A DNA stretch of 64,000 bases, taken from positions 5,208,001-5,272,000 of the forward strand of contig NC_043011.1 in assembly GCF_006345805.1 (NCBI RefSeq), in the 5' to 3' direction. The stretch is from Octopus sinensis. Its lineage: Eukaryota. Positions 63,136 through 64,000 of the stretch are shown here, piece by piece. How positions within the stretch are numbered: the first letter of the stretch is position 1; every line of letters starts with the position of its first letter. Made by a program: the position numbers and the translations under genes. The notes under the pieces were generated by a model that did no database searches, was not told the DNA's origin, and saw only the letters and a program-made list of their open reading frames with translations.

Positions 63136-64000
63136 GCGGAAGGCTGCAAGCTAGCAGAAACATTAGCACGCTGGGTGAAATGCGTAGCCGTATTTCGTCT
63201 GCCGTTACGTTCTGAGTTCAAATTCCACCGAGGTTGACTTTGCCTTTCATCCTTTCGGGGTCGATAAATTAAGTACCAGTTATGCACTGGGGTCAATATA
63301 ATCGACTTAATCCGTTTGTCTGTCCTTGTTTTCCTATCTGTGTTTAGCCCCTTGTGGGTAGTAAAGAAATAGGTATGATAATATCCATAGTATTAACTGG
63401 TCATGCTTAGGGGCAGAGCAGTTGATTTTAATTATGGTTGCTTCTGGCAGAACCCTATGTAGGAATTGCATGAGGACTGTACCCACAACAGCCTACTTAA
63501 GAAAAAGGGCCGGTGAAAATGGATAAATCTTTTATCTTTTATTTGTTTCAGTCATGAGACCAAATTCCTGCTCGGACACTGTTTTGAAGAGTCAAATGAG
63601 TCGACCCCTGTACATTGTTTTTTAAGCTTGAAACTTATTCTATTGGTGTCTTGATGAAATGTTAAGTTACAGGATGTAAACAAACAAACAATGGATGTTA
63701 AGTTACAGGGACATAAACAAACAATGAATGTTACGGAGAAGAACAAATACAAACACACACGCACGCGCACACACACACACATGCACGCGCACACACACAC
63801 ACACACACACACCACACACACGTGGTTGTATGGCAAGAAGTTTGCTTCCCAACAACATGGTTCCAGGTTCAGTCCCACTGTGTGACACCTTGAGCAAGTG
63901 TCCTCTGCCATATAGGCCGGGGTTATTGAGAAAAGGACCTGAATATTGAGAAAAGGACCTAAATGGGATGCCTTTGATCATAGGATTGTGCAACCTGGCT

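Noticed and set aside
56536-64000. CDO1 exon 1
   Set aside because: No frame gave the expected N-terminal pattern (..EW..YAKFD..R) with a phase-2 donor. Candidate ORFs here resolve to mariner and LINE relics.

Overview
Eukaryotic, very AT-rich, repeat-dense genomic DNA. The microsatellite load and SINE/LINE types look like an octopus or other coleoid cephalopod (inference). One host gene is recognisable: cysteine dioxygenase (CDO1) on the minus strand, with two clear coding exons (56297-56535, 46134-46300), a candidate terminal exon (36068-36103) and ~10-kb introns. Exon 1 was not found and probably lies beyond position 64000. The rest is transposon-derived. It includes Penelope-like elements (RT + GIY-YIG), a near-full-length RTE LINE, L1/Tx1-like ORF1 relics, a Gypsy integrase relic, Tc1/mariner and piggyBac elements, MITEs, three tRNA-derived SINE families, a dispersed 5S rRNA copy, a ~600-bp x4 tandem array and an 86-bp x14 minisatellite. 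The most notable signals are: (i) six type I hammerhead ribozyme motifs of four families in the first 15 kb, including a retrozyme-like tandem pair 483 nt apart and two U3:A8 core-variant copies with covarying stem II; (ii) an RTE LINE with a PHD-like finger inside its RT and a 5' array of TATA/Inr-bearing monomers; (iii) a piggyBac whose deletion is filled with copies of nearby host sequence. All structures were read by eye and no database searches were run.
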